Shown here: positions 17,229-27,173 of the stretch, piece by piece
Numbering within the stretch: the first letter of the stretch is position 1
How the letters are laid out: each line of letters begins with the position of its first letter
From: Negativicutes bacterium
GTDB lineage: Bacteria > Bacillota > Negativicutes > Sporomusales > JAOACF01
Length of the DNA: 41,116 nucleotides
Reading direction: 5' to 3'
Assembly (NCBI GenBank): GCA_026417995.1
Contig: JAOACF010000004.1
Span: 1-41,116, forward strand
Notes under the pieces: model-generated
What the model was told of the DNA's origin: nothing
Seen by the model: the letters and a program-made list of their open reading frames with translations, nothing else
Databases searched by the model: none
Made by a program: the position numbers and the translations under genes

Positions 17229-17786
17229 ATGAAACAGCTACAGCAAGCAGAGAGCCTGGTAGAGAAGTTGTTTAGCGCTGTGATGGCAGTTTTTTTGGCG
17301 CTCATGGGCATCTTCATTTTCGGCAATGTATTCTTGCGCTACTTCTTCAATTCCGGGATTACCTGGGCGGAAGAAATGTCCCGGTTTCTCTTTGTCTGGA
17401 TTGTTTTTATGGGCGCCATCGGGGCGCTGAAAGATAATAACCATCTTGGATTTACTTCTTTAGTGCAGAAACTGCCCCCTCTCCCGAAGAAAATCTGCTT
17501 CATTATCAGCAATCTCCTCGTTTTAAGCTGTTTAGGGATATTTCTCGAAGGCAGCATCATGATGACATCAATGACGACAGATACTCTTTCGCCGGCAACC
17601 GGTCTGCCGCTGGCGTTCATGTACGGCATTGGCATTATCTCCAGCATCGGCATGGGAATAGTGGTTTGCTACAATTTGTACAAGGCTATTTTTGTCAAAG
17701 GCGCGATTGATAAATTGGTCATTTTGAAGGAATCGGAGGACGAGGTCGCAATGGAGCAGCAAGCTAAGGAAGAGGTGAAAGCATGA
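17229..17786 (+). CDS. dctQ: TRAP transporter small permease
   Basis: NVFLRY, WAEE.SR and H.G motifs; about 4 TM segments. Confidence 0.9.
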   Translation: MKQLQQAESLVEKLFSAVMAVFLALMGIFIFGNVFLRYFFNSGITWAEEMSRFLFVWIVFMGAIGALKDNNHLGFTSLVQKLPPLPKKICFIISNLLVLSCLGIFLEGSIMMTSMTTDTLSPATGLPLAFMYGIGIISSIGMGIVVCYNLYKAIFVKGAIDKLVILKESEDEVAMEQQAKEEVKA

Positions 17787-19063
17787 CAGTCGCTGTATTT
17801 ATTTTGTCGCTCTGCGGCGCCATGGCGCTCGGGATGCCTATCGCTTTTGCCCTGCTTTTAAGCGGTGTGGCTCTGATGCTCCAGCTCGGCATGTTTGATG
17901 CCCGCATCTTGACCCAAAACCTGATCATTGGCTCGGACAGCTTTGCGCTTATGGCTATTCCCTTCTTTATTCTTGTTGGTGAATTAATGAATGCCGGCGG
18001 CATTTCCAAGCGAATTATCAATTTTGGTTTGGCCCTTGTCGGTCATATCCGCGGCGGCTTGGGTTATGTGGCAATTATGACGGCGTTTATCTTTGCCGGC
18101 TTGTCCGGCTCGGCCGTTGCCGATACGGCTGCTTTAGCCGCAATCATGGTGCCGATGATGGCCGATGCCGGCTACGAAAAAAGCCGCTCGGCGGCGCTGA
18201 TTGGCTCAGGCTCCATTGTAGCGCCGATTTTGCCGCCCAGTATTCCGTTCATTATCTTCGGCTCGATCAGCGGCGTGTCGATCATGAAGCTGTTCATGGC
18301 CGGCCTTCTGCCGGGGGCGATGATAGCCGTTAGTTTGGCGATTACGTGGTGGTATATGGCCAGAAAGAAAAATGTAAAAGTATATCCGCGTAAATCTTTC
18401 AAAGAAATTCTGATTGCCACTAAAGAAGCAAGCTGGGCGCTTGCTCTGCCTATTCTTATCATGGTTGGCATCAAAGGCGGCGTCGTTACCCCGACCGAAG
18501 CGGCTGTAGCTGCAGTTTTTTATACTTTGTTCCTTTGTTTTGTGGTTTATCGCCAACTGACATTTAAGGATCTGACCAAAATTCTCATTTCCGCAGCGAA
18601 AACGACAAGCGTCATTATGTTCTTGATTGCGGCTGCCATGGTTTCGTCCTGGCTGATTGCCATTGCCAATATTCCGGCGTCTATCGCTTCCTGGCTGGAG
18701 CCGTACATGGGCAGCAAAATCCTGTTAATGATAGCCATCAACATTCTCGTATTTATTGTCGGCACAGCGATGGACTTAACGCCCACGGTTCTGATTTTAA
18801 CACCGGTCCTTATGCCGATTATCACTAAGGCTGGCATTGATCCGGTATACTTTGGCGTCGTATTTATCCTGAACAATGCGATCGGCCTCTTGACACCGCC
18901 GGTGGGAACAGTGCTCAATGCAGCATGCGGGGCAGGCAAGGTGCTGATGGATGACCTCATGCGGGATGTTATGCCCTTCCTGATCGTTGAGACCATTGTG
19001 TTAATACTGTTAATTTTGTTCCCCGATATTGTGCTTGTACCGCTTAAATGGATGTTAGGCTAA
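17783..19063 (+). CDS. dctM: TRAP transporter large permease
   Basis: AIPFF, SGSAVAD, PPSIP, TPTEA and GLLTPPVG. Confidence 0.93.
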   Translation: MTVAVFILSLCGAMALGMPIAFALLLSGVALMLQLGMFDARILTQNLIIGSDSFALMAIPFFILVGELMNAGGISKRIINFGLALVGHIRGGLGYVAIMTAFIFAGLSGSAVADTAALAAIMVPMMADAGYEKSRSAALIGSGSIVAPILPPSIPFIIFGSISGVSIMKLFMAGLLPGAMIAVSLAITWWYMARKKNVKVYPRKSFKEILIATKEASWALALPILIMVGIKGGVVTPTEAAVAAVFYTLFLCFVVYRQLTFKDLTKILISAAKTTSVIMFLIAAAMVSSWLIAIANIPASIASWLEPYMGSKILLMIAINILVFIVGTAMDLTPTVLILTPVLMPIITKAGIDPVYFGVVFILNNAIGLLTPPVGTVLNAACGAGKVLMDDLMRDVMPFLIVETIVLILLILFPDIVLVPLKWMLG

Positions 19064-19083
19064 AGCAAATCACCGTTTATACT

Positions 19084-19111
19084 CGCCTAGACTCATGTCT
19101 GGGCGTTTTTT
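19084..19111 (+). terminator. Intrinsic terminator after dctM
   Basis: cgcctagac-tcat-gtctgggcg followed by T6. Confidence 0.8.
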
Positions 19112-19325
19112 ATTAGGGGCGTCGGTATCGGTGCACGAAAAATAACGAGTATACGAAAATCACGGAATAGGCTTGCACCATTGCTGCAGCGCTGCAGCAG
19201 GTATGGTTGGAATGGCGGTAAAAATGCAGATATTGTGCTGGTAAACGCCGGTACATGGCTTTATGATACGGTTAAGTATCTGTGTGTTATAATAAAAAAA
19301 AGACGGAAAAGCGGTGAATTAATGA

Positions 19326-20252
19326 ATGACTCTGCAGCAATTAAAATGTTTTCTTGTTATGGCTGAAGTGCTTCATTATACCAAGGCTGCAAACCAACTT
19401 TACATCTCGCAACCGAGCCTTAGCTATGCACTTTCCGAATTAGAAAAGGAACTAGGGGTGCCGCTCTTTGAGAGAAGGGGCAATCGCACTTGCATTACAA
19501 AATACGGTGAGAGTTTCATACCATATGTAAGGCAGATTTTCATGACACTGGATGATGCCACAGCGCGCTTGTACGAAATGCTTGATGCATCAAGTGGGAA
19601 AATCAGCCTTGGCTACATATATAGCATCAGTTTTGATTTTGTTCCGAGGATACTTGAGATGTTCTATGCTGACGCAGGAAACAGTCGGATTACCTTTGAT
19701 TTTTTCCAAGGTTTGCACTATGCGATGATTGAGAAGTTAAAATCCGCCGATCTAGATCTGATACTCTCTGCCGACCCCAATGACAAAACCATTATGGGTG
19801 TTCCGGTCTTTAGTCAGGAGCTCTTCGTAATTGTTCCCGAGGATCATCGCCTAGCCAGACGAGAAGAAGTATCCCTTGCGGATGTAAAGGATGAGCCGCT
19901 GATAACCATTGGTGGCACAGCCAGTAACATCCGCAACCACCTTGTCAAATGCTATGAAAAAATTGGTGCAAGGCCGATAATCGCGGGAGAGGTAGCCGAG
20001 TGCATTGCTATGTCCGCTTTAGTCAGGGCGAAACTTGGAATTGCCGTAACGCCATTATCTCCTACTTTCGAAGGAGGAGGCCTCAAGGTACTGCGTTTTC
20101 GGAAAGAGGAACGTGACGCAATGAAGCGTAAAATCTATCTGCTGTGGCTCAAGGACCGCCAACTTGAACCTTCTGCCAAGCGTTTCCGCGATTTCATTTT
20201 AAATAACGCAGCCAATTATAAACCTAACGAAGGAAGCAAGTTCGGCATATAG
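19326..20252 (+). CDS. LysR-family regulator
   Basis: HYTKAANQLYISQPSLS..LEKELGVPLFER. Confidence 0.92.
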   Translation: MTLQQLKCFLVMAEVLHYTKAANQLYISQPSLSYALSELEKELGVPLFERRGNRTCITKYGESFIPYVRQIFMTLDDATARLYEMLDASSGKISLGYIYSISFDFVPRILEMFYADAGNSRITFDFFQGLHYAMIEKLKSADLDLILSADPNDKTIMGVPVFSQELFVIVPEDHRLARREEVSLADVKDEPLITIGGTASNIRNHLVKCYEKIGARPIIAGEVAECIAMSALVRAKLGIAVTPLSPTFEGGGLKVLRFRKEERDAMKRKIYLLWLKDRQLEPSAKRFRDFILNNAANYKPNEGSKFGI

Positions 20253-20365
20253 TCTACCATACGGTGTCAAAGGCCTGAAACAATTAAGCTCTGAATGTAC
20301 CCCTGATGTTGGGCGCTGTTTTATAGCTGTGTCTAATATTGGGGGTATATTTCTTTTTAACTATA

Positions 20366-20489
20366 GGAGACTGCTGCAAAAGTCCATCTGCGTTGTTGCT
20401 CCTGCGGGTTTTCGCTCCAACGTACCTCCAGTACGCCTCCGCGAAAATCCTCGTCGCGCCTAGCATCTGGAGCTTTTTCAGCAGTCTCC
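20366..20489. mobile_element. 124-bp MITE/REP-like palindromic element
   Basis: Terminal inverted repeats ggagactgctg(c)aaaag / ctttttcagcagtctcc. Nested internal stems ttttcgc/gcgaaaa and cgtac/gtacg. GC-rich within an AT-rich spacer. Confidence 0.65.
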
Positions 20490-20614
20490 GCTTCTAATTA
20501 TTTATCGAAATTATTACTAAAAAATGAATTTTGTAACATACACATAGAAGTTTTCGGTGATTTTCCAATTAGTTTTGCCCTGCACTGCACCATCAATGAA
20601 TGTGGGACTGCTAA

Positions 20615-20629
20615 ATAGAAAGCTTCTAT
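20615..20629. promoter_or_regulatory. LysR recognition box upstream of the racemase-transketolase operon
   Basis: ATAG-N7-CTAT (T-N11-A) dyad. Confidence 0.6.
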
Positions 20630-20744
20630 AGGGGTATAAAAAAGGATTATTTCCTTTTTTCATGCGGCGCTTTTATACTGAAAGCAAAAAATATCCGCAA
20701 ATGAAAAAGTTGAAAACATTCGGAAGCACGGAGGGGGAATTTCT

Positions 20745-21431
20745 ATGGAGTATAAGAAGCACATCGTTGTATTACAGACAAGCTTTGCTAAGAGAGAAGA
20801 CACTATTGCCTACCTTGAAAAGCATTTACCGGGAATCCGTATAGATTTTATTACGGACAGTTCGTTACTGTCAGATGTTCGTCAAGCGGGTGAACCGACT
20901 CAGCCTGTGATTCAGCGCATGGTGCTCTATGCAATGGCGGCTGAAGCCATGGGCGCAGATTTGATCCTTAATTCTTGCTCCACGGTGGGAGAGGTCGCGG
21001 ATTTTTACGCAAGCGTGGTATCTGTGCCGGTGGTAAAAATAGATGATCCAATGGCCAAGCAAGCAGCAGAGATTGGCGGCAAAATAGCATTGATCGCGAC
21101 TCTTCCCACCGCATTGGGGCCAAGCCGGCGAGCTATTGAGCGATATGGCAGAAAGATGGGCCGTGAGATTAAATTTACGGAATTAATCGACCAGTCCGCA
21201 TGGGAAGCTCTTTCTGCGGGGGACAGTAAGCGGCACAATGAGATACTTATCGCAAGTATCCGCAAACTGGATGCGCAGGGCTATGACGCCATAGTTATGG
21301 CCCAGGTCAGTATGCGGGCGCTCCTGCCTGATTTAACGGGGGTAAAGACACCGGTATTATGCAGTTTCTACACAGGTTTGGATGCAGTCATCGAGAAAGT
21401 CAAGAAGATGTGCGAAGAAGATCATAAGTAG
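20745..21431 (+). CDS. Asp/Glu/hydantoin racemase superfamily protein
   Basis: GADLILNSCSTVG, VPVVKIDDPM, IALIAT and DAIVMAQVSM. Only the first catalytic Cys is present. Confidence 0.75.
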   Translation: MEYKKHIVVLQTSFAKREDTIAYLEKHLPGIRIDFITDSSLLSDVRQAGEPTQPVIQRMVLYAMAAEAMGADLILNSCSTVGEVADFYASVVSVPVVKIDDPMAKQAAEIGGKIALIATLPTALGPSRRAIERYGRKMGREIKFTELIDQSAWEALSAGDSKRHNEILIASIRKLDAQGYDAIVMAQVSMRALLPDLTGVKTPVLCSFYTGLDAVIEKVKKMCEEDHK

Positions 21432-21447
21432 ACAAAGGAGAAATACA

Positions 21448-22284
21448 ATGGCTAATTTTCCCAAACTCCAAGTTCCTGAATTAAAAGGGATGGCTCGAAC
21501 CATCCGCACAGACGTCTTAAAAATGGTTCATGCGGCTTGTTCCGGCCATCCTGGCGGTAGCCTATCCGCTGCAGACATCGTCACAGCATTGTATTTCAAC
21601 ATATTGAATGTGGACCCGGAACGTCCCCGGTGGGAGGATAGGGATAGGTTCATTCTTTCTAAGGGGCATTGCTGCCCAGTACTGTATGCCTGTCTGGCCC
21701 GGCGCGGCTTTTTCGCAGTGGCGGAGCTGGCCACCTTGCGTAAATACGGAAGTAAGTTGCAGGGGCATCCTGATATGAACAAGTGCCCCGGAGTAGATAT
21801 GAGCACCGGCTCGCTGGGCAATGGTATCGGCTGCGCCGTAGGCATGGCCATCGCCGGGAAAGTGAAACAGAAAGATTATAAGGTGTTCGTTATGCTGGGC
21901 GACGGCGAGTGTCAGGAAGGCGCGGTATGGGAAGCTGCCATGTGCGCTGCTCACCATAAATTGACTAATTTGGTAGCTATCATCGACGTGAACGGCCTAC
22001 AGATTATCGATACTACAGACAAGGTGATGAATATTGAGCCTCTAGCTGATAAATGGCGCTCCTTCGGCTGGAAGGTGTTGGAGCTGGATGGTCATGACAT
22101 GGAGCAGATTGTAGCTACACTAAACTACGCCAAAGCTAGCGAAGGACCGGTAGTGATACTAGCCAAGACTATCAAGGGCAAGGGTGTTTCATATATGGAA
22201 GGCGTGGCCAAATGGCACGGTGCAGTACCCAGCGATGAAGAACTGGCTCAGGCTCTAAGCGAAATAGAAGGGGTGGCTGAATGA
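21448..22284 (+). CDS. Split transketolase, N-terminal (ThDP-binding) subunit
   Basis: GHPGGSLS, DRFILSKGH, LQGHP, STGSLG, GDGE.QEG and WHG. ATG at 21448 follows AAGGAG. Confidence 0.9.
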   Translation: MANFPKLQVPELKGMARTIRTDVLKMVHAACSGHPGGSLSAADIVTALYFNILNVDPERPRWEDRDRFILSKGHCCPVLYACLARRGFFAVAELATLRKYGSKLQGHPDMNKCPGVDMSTGSLGNGIGCAVGMAIAGKVKQKDYKVFVMLGDGECQEGAVWEAAMCAAHHKLTNLVAIIDVNGLQIIDTTDKVMNIEPLADKWRSFGWKVLELDGHDMEQIVATLNYAKASEGPVVILAKTIKGKGVSYMEGVAKWHGAVPSDEELAQALSEIEGVAE

Positions 22285-23228
22285 TGGAGGTAGCTACCAG
22301 ATTTGTTTTCGGCAAGGAGTTGTTAGAACTTGCAAAAACCAATGGAGACTTTGTGGTATGCAACGCAGACACTAAGGCCTGCGGCATTGAAAATTTTGGG
22401 GTGATATTCCCTGATCGCTCGTATTCCATCGGTATCGCCGAGCAGAATCTCATTAACGTGGCGGCAGGTCTGGCGGCCTCTGGCTTTAAGGTGTTCGCCT
22501 GCACTTTCGCCGTGTTCGTTACTTTGCGCTGCTGCGAGCAGGTGAGGAATCATGTCTGCTATCCTAAACTCAACGTCACTGTGGTCGGCACCCATACCGG
22601 CTTGCAGGTTGGAGAGGATGGAGCGACCCACGCTGCGGTAGAGGACGTAGCTATTATGCGATCGCTGCCTAATATGACCATTATTCAACCCGCCGATGCG
22701 GTCGCGGCTCGTGCTATTGCCCATGCGGCGGTAAAATTCAACGGTCCTCTGTACGTACGCCTGCATCGCAACCCGTCTCCGGTGATCTATGACACGTCCT
22801 ACCGTTTCGAGTTGGGCAAAGCAACTACGGTTCGCAGCTATGGCGACGACGTAGCGCTAATCTCTTCCGGCATCATGCTGCAAAAGGCGCTAGATGCGGC
22901 TGTTGCCCTTAAAGCGAGAGGAATCAAAGCCCGCGTCATCGATATGAGCACACTTAAACCTCTGGATGTGGATGCGGTTTTGGAAGCGGCCAAGGCAACA
23001 AATGCAGTAGTCACCATCGAGGATCATTCTATCATCGGTGGACTTGGTTCGGCAGTTGCCCAAGTACTGGGGGAAAAATATCCTTGTATGGTCAAATGTA
23101 TCGGCATTCCCGATGTATTCGGCGAATCCGGGCCGAGTGAGGTACTGTATGCCAGGTATCATATGGATGCAGCAAGTATAGCAGCGGCTGCGGAAAAGCT
23201 GGTCCGTAAAAAAATCTTTTCATGTTAG
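22281..23228 (+). CDS. Split transketolase, C-terminal subunit
   Basis: GIAEQN, GEDGATH, GPLYVR, EDH...GGLGS and FGESG. Confidence 0.9.
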   Translation: MMEVATRFVFGKELLELAKTNGDFVVCNADTKACGIENFGVIFPDRSYSIGIAEQNLINVAAGLAASGFKVFACTFAVFVTLRCCEQVRNHVCYPKLNVTVVGTHTGLQVGEDGATHAAVEDVAIMRSLPNMTIIQPADAVAARAIAHAAVKFNGPLYVRLHRNPSPVIYDTSYRFELGKATTVRSYGDDVALISSGIMLQKALDAAVALKARGIKARVIDMSTLKPLDVDAVLEAAKATNAVVTIEDHSIIGGLGSAVAQVLGEKYPCMVKCIGIPDVFGESGPSEVLYARYHMDAASIAAAAEKLVRKKIFSC

Positions 23229-23316
23229 CCGCTTTACTCCCCGGAAGCATCCGGATCACTAAATTTGCCAGGGCAATGACATTTCGGGGTTGACCTCGCA
23301 GCGAGGGGAGGCGGGC

Positions 23317-23382
23317 ATATCAATTTCGTATAGGGGTTAGACAATATAAGTATTTTTCATATAAAAAACTGTTTGCTATAAT
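23317..23382 (+). promoter_or_regulatory. LysR box plus extended -10 promoter of the lyase-ThDP operon
   Basis: ATA-N9-TAT at 23317-23331; TGcTATAAT at 23374-23382. Confidence 0.55.
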
Positions 23383-23431
23383 TCAGAATATACAGGTAAT
23401 CCAGCAAAAGCTAACTTGAGGTGATGGGCGA

Positions 23432-24373
23432 ATGAGCGCCGGGATAAACGCATCACAATGGCCGTCCCATGTAATCGTGTGTGAAGTGGGCCCCCGCGAT
23501 GGGCTGCAAAACGAGAAAACCATGTTTTCCGTAGAGCAGAAAGTCGAACTTATCGAGCGGTCAGTTGAGGCCGGAGCAAAAATTATCGAAATCGGCTCAT
23601 TTGTACATCCGAAAGCTGTACCGCAAATGGCGGATACTGACGCAGTCGCCAAAAAAATTAAGCAAATCCCAGGAGTGGAATATCGCGCTTTGGTGCTCAA
23701 CCTGAAAGGCCTGGAGCGGGCCGAAGCCGCCGGTTTGAAAAAAGCCAAATTAACGGCATCGGCAAGCCGGGCGCATTCACTGGCGAACATCAATAAAACT
23801 CCGGAAGAAGTCGTGCGCGGTTTTAGTGATTGTGCAAACTTCGCGGCGGCGCACGGCATGGAGTTATCCGGCGCGATATCAACTGCCTTTGGCTGTCCTT
23901 TTGAAGGCCGCGTGCCGCTGGAGCAGGTGCTGTCCGTTATTGCCTGTTTCCGAGAGATCGGCGTTAAGGAACTGTCTTTATCCGATACAACCGGCATGGC
24001 CAACCCCCGGCAGGTATACGACTATTGCCAGAAAGTAAAGGCTGAATTTCCGGACATTACCTGGGTGCTGCATTTCCATAACACCAGAGGCATGGGGCTG
24101 GCCAACGTCATAGCCGGCATGATGGCGGGGATGGACCGGTTTGACGCCTGCTTCGCCGGGTTGGGCGGCTGTCCGTTTGCGCCTGGCGCTACCGGCAATA
24201 TTGCTACCGAGGACCTTATCCATATGCTGCACGAAATGGGCGTATCGACCGGCTACGACCTCGACAAGGTGCTGGCGATAGGCCGCAGCGTGCGTGAAAT
24301 CATTGGCCATGAGACATCAAGCTTTATCCTCAAGGCCGGCAAGTGCAGCGACCTGGTTAAGGGCAAAGAGTAG
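23432..24373 (+). CDS. HMG-CoA lyase-family (DRE-TIM) acyl-CoA lyase
   Basis: EVGPRDGLQNE, SFVHPKAVPQMAD, FGCPFEG, DTTG, HFHNTRG and GLGGCPFAPGATGN. Confidence 0.88.
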   Translation: MSAGINASQWPSHVIVCEVGPRDGLQNEKTMFSVEQKVELIERSVEAGAKIIEIGSFVHPKAVPQMADTDAVAKKIKQIPGVEYRALVLNLKGLERAEAAGLKKAKLTASASRAHSLANINKTPEEVVRGFSDCANFAAAHGMELSGAISTAFGCPFEGRVPLEQVLSVIACFREIGVKELSLSDTTGMANPRQVYDYCQKVKAEFPDITWVLHFHNTRGMGLANVIAGMMAGMDRFDACFAGLGGCPFAPGATGNIATEDLIHMLHEMGVSTGYDLDKVLAIGRSVREIIGHETSSFILKAGKCSDLVKGKE

Positions 24374-24539
24374 ACCGCCAACATTACCTTTCTTGGCCTT
24401 TCGGTCACAGTAACAGGCGCCGTATCGTTTGAAACAATGCAGCAGGCGGTAACAAAACGCGTGCCGCCCGCTGCCCCTGCGCATCGGTATGAAGCCGTTT
24501 AAAAATAGCGTCTGATCAATAAACATGAGGGGGATTCGG

Positions 24540-26303
24540 ATGAAGGATTTAGTAGCAAACCAGCTTGTTAAGTATCTGGAAAAACGCGGCATCAGGCATA
24601 TCTTTGGCTTATGCGGACACACCAACATCGCAGTGCTTGCCGCGCTGTCCAAAAGCGAAAAAATTCGCTTTATTAATGTACGGCATGAACAAATTGCGTC
24701 TCATGCCGCAGACGGCTACGCCCGTGTTACCAAAAAAGCATCCGTTGTTCTCAGCCACTTGGGCCCGGGTCTTACCAACGCCGCCACCGGCGTTGCCAAC
24801 GCCGCACTTGACTCCATTCCGATGGTAGTTATCGCCGGCGACGTACCCAGCCATTATTTCGGCAAGCATCCGCATCAGGAAGTCAACCTCCATGCTGACG
24901 CCTCCCAGTGGGAAATCTATCGTCCGTTTGTCAAGCGCGCCTGGCGGGTAGACCGTCCTGACCTGCTGCCGGAAATCATGGAAAAGGCCTTTACGCTGGC
25001 CGAGTCCGGCCGTCCCGGCCCGGTTCTTGTTGACGTTCCCATGGATATCTTCTCCCAAGAGATTGATGTTGCTTTGTTCGAGCGCCTTGATCTTAATGCC
25101 AAGACCATTCATAAGCCTACCCTTGACGAAGGGGTTGCGGCGCAAATCGTCAAGACGCTGGGTGAAGCCAAGAGCCCGGTTATTTATGCGGGCGGCGGCG
25201 TAATCCTGGCCGATGCGGCGCAAGAACTCAAAGAATTTGTCGATCATATGGGCATTCCGGTTGCGCACTCGCTTATGGGCAAAGGCGTGGTGCCTGACGA
25301 TCATCCGCTGGTGCTGGGCATGACCGGTTTCTGGGGTACCAAGTTCATCAATGATACCTGCCGCAGTGCCGACTATATCCTTGGCCTGGGCACCAGTTTC
25401 AAGGAGGCGGATTCGAGCTCCTGGTATCCGGAGTATACCTTTAACTTCCCGCCGACCAAGCTCATCCATATCGACATTGACCCGAGCGAAATCGGCCGCA
25501 ACTATCCGGTGGAAATCGGCGCCGCCGTTGACCTGAAACAAGCGCTGACCGTACTGAACCGGGTAGCTAAAAAACTCTATCCGCAAGGCAAGAAAAATAC
25601 CGCTATGGAGGAGGCTATTGCCAAAGCCCGCGCCGAATTCAAGGACAGCAACAAGGCGCTGGAAGAAAGCGACGCTTTCCCGATGATGCCGCAGCGGATT
25701 CTGGCCGATGTGCGTGCCGTACTGCCGCGCAATGCCATTATTACCACTGATGTGGGTTGGAACAAAAACGGCGTTGGCCAACAGTTCCCCATCTACGAAC
25801 CAGGGTCGATTCTCACTCCCGGCGGCTACGCTACCATGGGCTTTGGTTCACCGGCGGCTTTAGGCGCGAAGATCGCGGCTCCTGACCGGGTGGTTGTCTC
25901 GCTGATTGGCGACGGCGGCTTTGGCCAAAATCCGGCAGTTTTAGCGACTGCGGCTGTTGAAAATATCCCGGCCGTTTTTGTAATTATGAACAACCGGGCA
26001 TTCGGCACGATCGCCGGTTTGGAGAAAGCGCACTATGATACTACTTTTGGCACCCTCTTTGAGAAAGACGGTCAGCCTTACTCGCCTGACTACGCCGCTA
26101 TTGCCAAAGCATACGGTGTAGAGGGCGAAAAGATCCAGTCCGCGGCCGAATTTAAGCCGGCGCTTGAGCGGGCAATCAAGTCCAATAAGCCGTATGTGCT
26201 TGATGTGACTATGATCAACAACCCGGTGCCCACCGCCGGTCACTGGAATATCATGGACATCTACTCCCCCGGCAAAAAAGTGCACCATGTAAGCACCAAC
26301 TAA
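24540..26303 (+). CDS. ThDP-dependent enzyme (acetolactate synthase fold), possible cyclic 1,2-dione hydrolase
   Basis: FGLCGHTN, RHEQ, SHLGPG, GRPGPV and the GDGG...NN ThDP motif. ATG at 24540 follows GAGGGGG. Confidence 0.85.
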   Translation: MKDLVANQLVKYLEKRGIRHIFGLCGHTNIAVLAALSKSEKIRFINVRHEQIASHAADGYARVTKKASVVLSHLGPGLTNAATGVANAALDSIPMVVIAGDVPSHYFGKHPHQEVNLHADASQWEIYRPFVKRAWRVDRPDLLPEIMEKAFTLAESGRPGPVLVDVPMDIFSQEIDVALFERLDLNAKTIHKPTLDEGVAAQIVKTLGEAKSPVIYAGGGVILADAAQELKEFVDHMGIPVAHSLMGKGVVPDDHPLVLGMTGFWGTKFINDTCRSADYILGLGTSFKEADSSSWYPEYTFNFPPTKLIHIDIDPSEIGRNYPVEIGAAVDLKQALTVLNRVAKKLYPQGKKNTAMEEAIAKARAEFKDSNKALEESDAFPMMPQRILADVRAVLPRNAIITTDVGWNKNGVGQQFPIYEPGSILTPGGYATMGFGSPAALGAKIAAPDRVVVSLIGDGGFGQNPAVLATAAVENIPAVFVIMNNRAFGTIAGLEKAHYDTTFGTLFEKDGQPYSPDYAAIAKAYGVEGEKIQSAAEFKPALERAIKSNKPYVLDVTMINNPVPTAGHWNIMDIYSPGKKVHHVSTN

Positions 26304-26315
26304 GGAGGAAGAACC

Positions 26316-27137
26316 GTGGCCCCACAATTTTCGTTAGCCTACCTTACCGTTCCCGGTTGTCCTCCGCCTGAACAAACATATATCGCCGCCCGGGCCGGCT
26401 ATGATTTCGTCAGTCTTCGTCCCATTCTGATGGGCCTTCCCGGAGAGCCTAATTTCGCGCTGGCGGAAAATAAAGAACTGTATCAACAAACGAAAAAAGC
26501 GCTTGCCGCTACCGGCCTTAAGCTGCTGGACATTGAGCTGGCGCGTATCCATGACGGCATGGATCCGAAAAAATATCTCCCTGCCATGGAAATCGCCGCT
26601 GAGCTTGGCGGACGCCATGTTCTGAGCAGCATTTGGACCAATGACCGCAGCTACTATATCGAAAAATTTGGCGAGGTTTGTGATTTGGCTAAGCAATTTG
26701 GCCTGACGGTTGAGCTCGAATTCGTGCCAATTGCCAGCGTTAACAATCTCGCCGGCGCGCTTGACGTGCTTCGCAGCGTAAAGCGTGACAATGCCGGCCT
26801 GATGATCGACGTTCACCACTTCCATCGTTCGCGTGACAGGGTGGAGGACCTGGATGCCGTTCCCCGCGAGTGGTTCCGTTTTGTCCACCTTTGCGATGCG
26901 CCGGCAGAAATACCGACGGAAAAAGATGAAATGACCCGCATTCTGCGGGAAGCCCGCCTGTATGTCGGCGAGGAAGGCGGCATTGATGTCGCCGCTATTA
27001 TTAACCGCATACCTGAAGTGCCTTACTCGATCGAGTTGCCTAATCTTAAGCGCATGAAGGAAATGGGTTTCGCCGAGCACGCGTTTCGCTGCATCGAAGC
27101 GGCCAAGGCTTATCTCGCGGCTCGCCCGCGGGCTTAA
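26316..27137 (+). CDS. Xylose-isomerase-like TIM-barrel metalloenzyme (IolE/AsbF/sugar epimerase superfamily)
   Basis: Metal-ligand pattern ELEF, DVHH, HLCD, R..vGE and SIE. Confidence 0.8.
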   Translation: MAPQFSLAYLTVPGCPPPEQTYIAARAGYDFVSLRPILMGLPGEPNFALAENKELYQQTKKALAATGLKLLDIELARIHDGMDPKKYLPAMEIAAELGGRHVLSSIWTNDRSYYIEKFGEVCDLAKQFGLTVELEFVPIASVNNLAGALDVLRSVKRDNAGLMIDVHHFHRSRDRVEDLDAVPREWFRFVHLCDAPAEIPTEKDEMTRILREARLYVGEEGGIDVAAIINRIPEVPYSIELPNLKRMKEMGFAEHAFRCIEAAKAYLAARPRA

Positions 27138-27173
27138 AGCGACAGAAATTAAAGACCAAACGGAGGGAAAAAC

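Noticed and set aside
19326-23228. Horizontally acquired block with distinct composition
   Set aside because: Codon usage looked slightly different by eye, but spot GC counts overlapped neighbouring genes. No integrase or flanking repeats were found; a computed profile is needed.
24609-25781. 390-aa minus-strand ORF (also 26334-27080, 27912-28613, 29925-30611 and 37298-38050)
   Set aside because: Antisense shadows of well-supported genes, with no recognisable motifs.
24540-27137. Canonical myo-inositol (iolD/iolE) or ilvB annotation
   Set aside because: No iolB, iolC, iolG, iolJ, ilvN or ilvC nearby, and the motifs differ from both IolD and IlvB.
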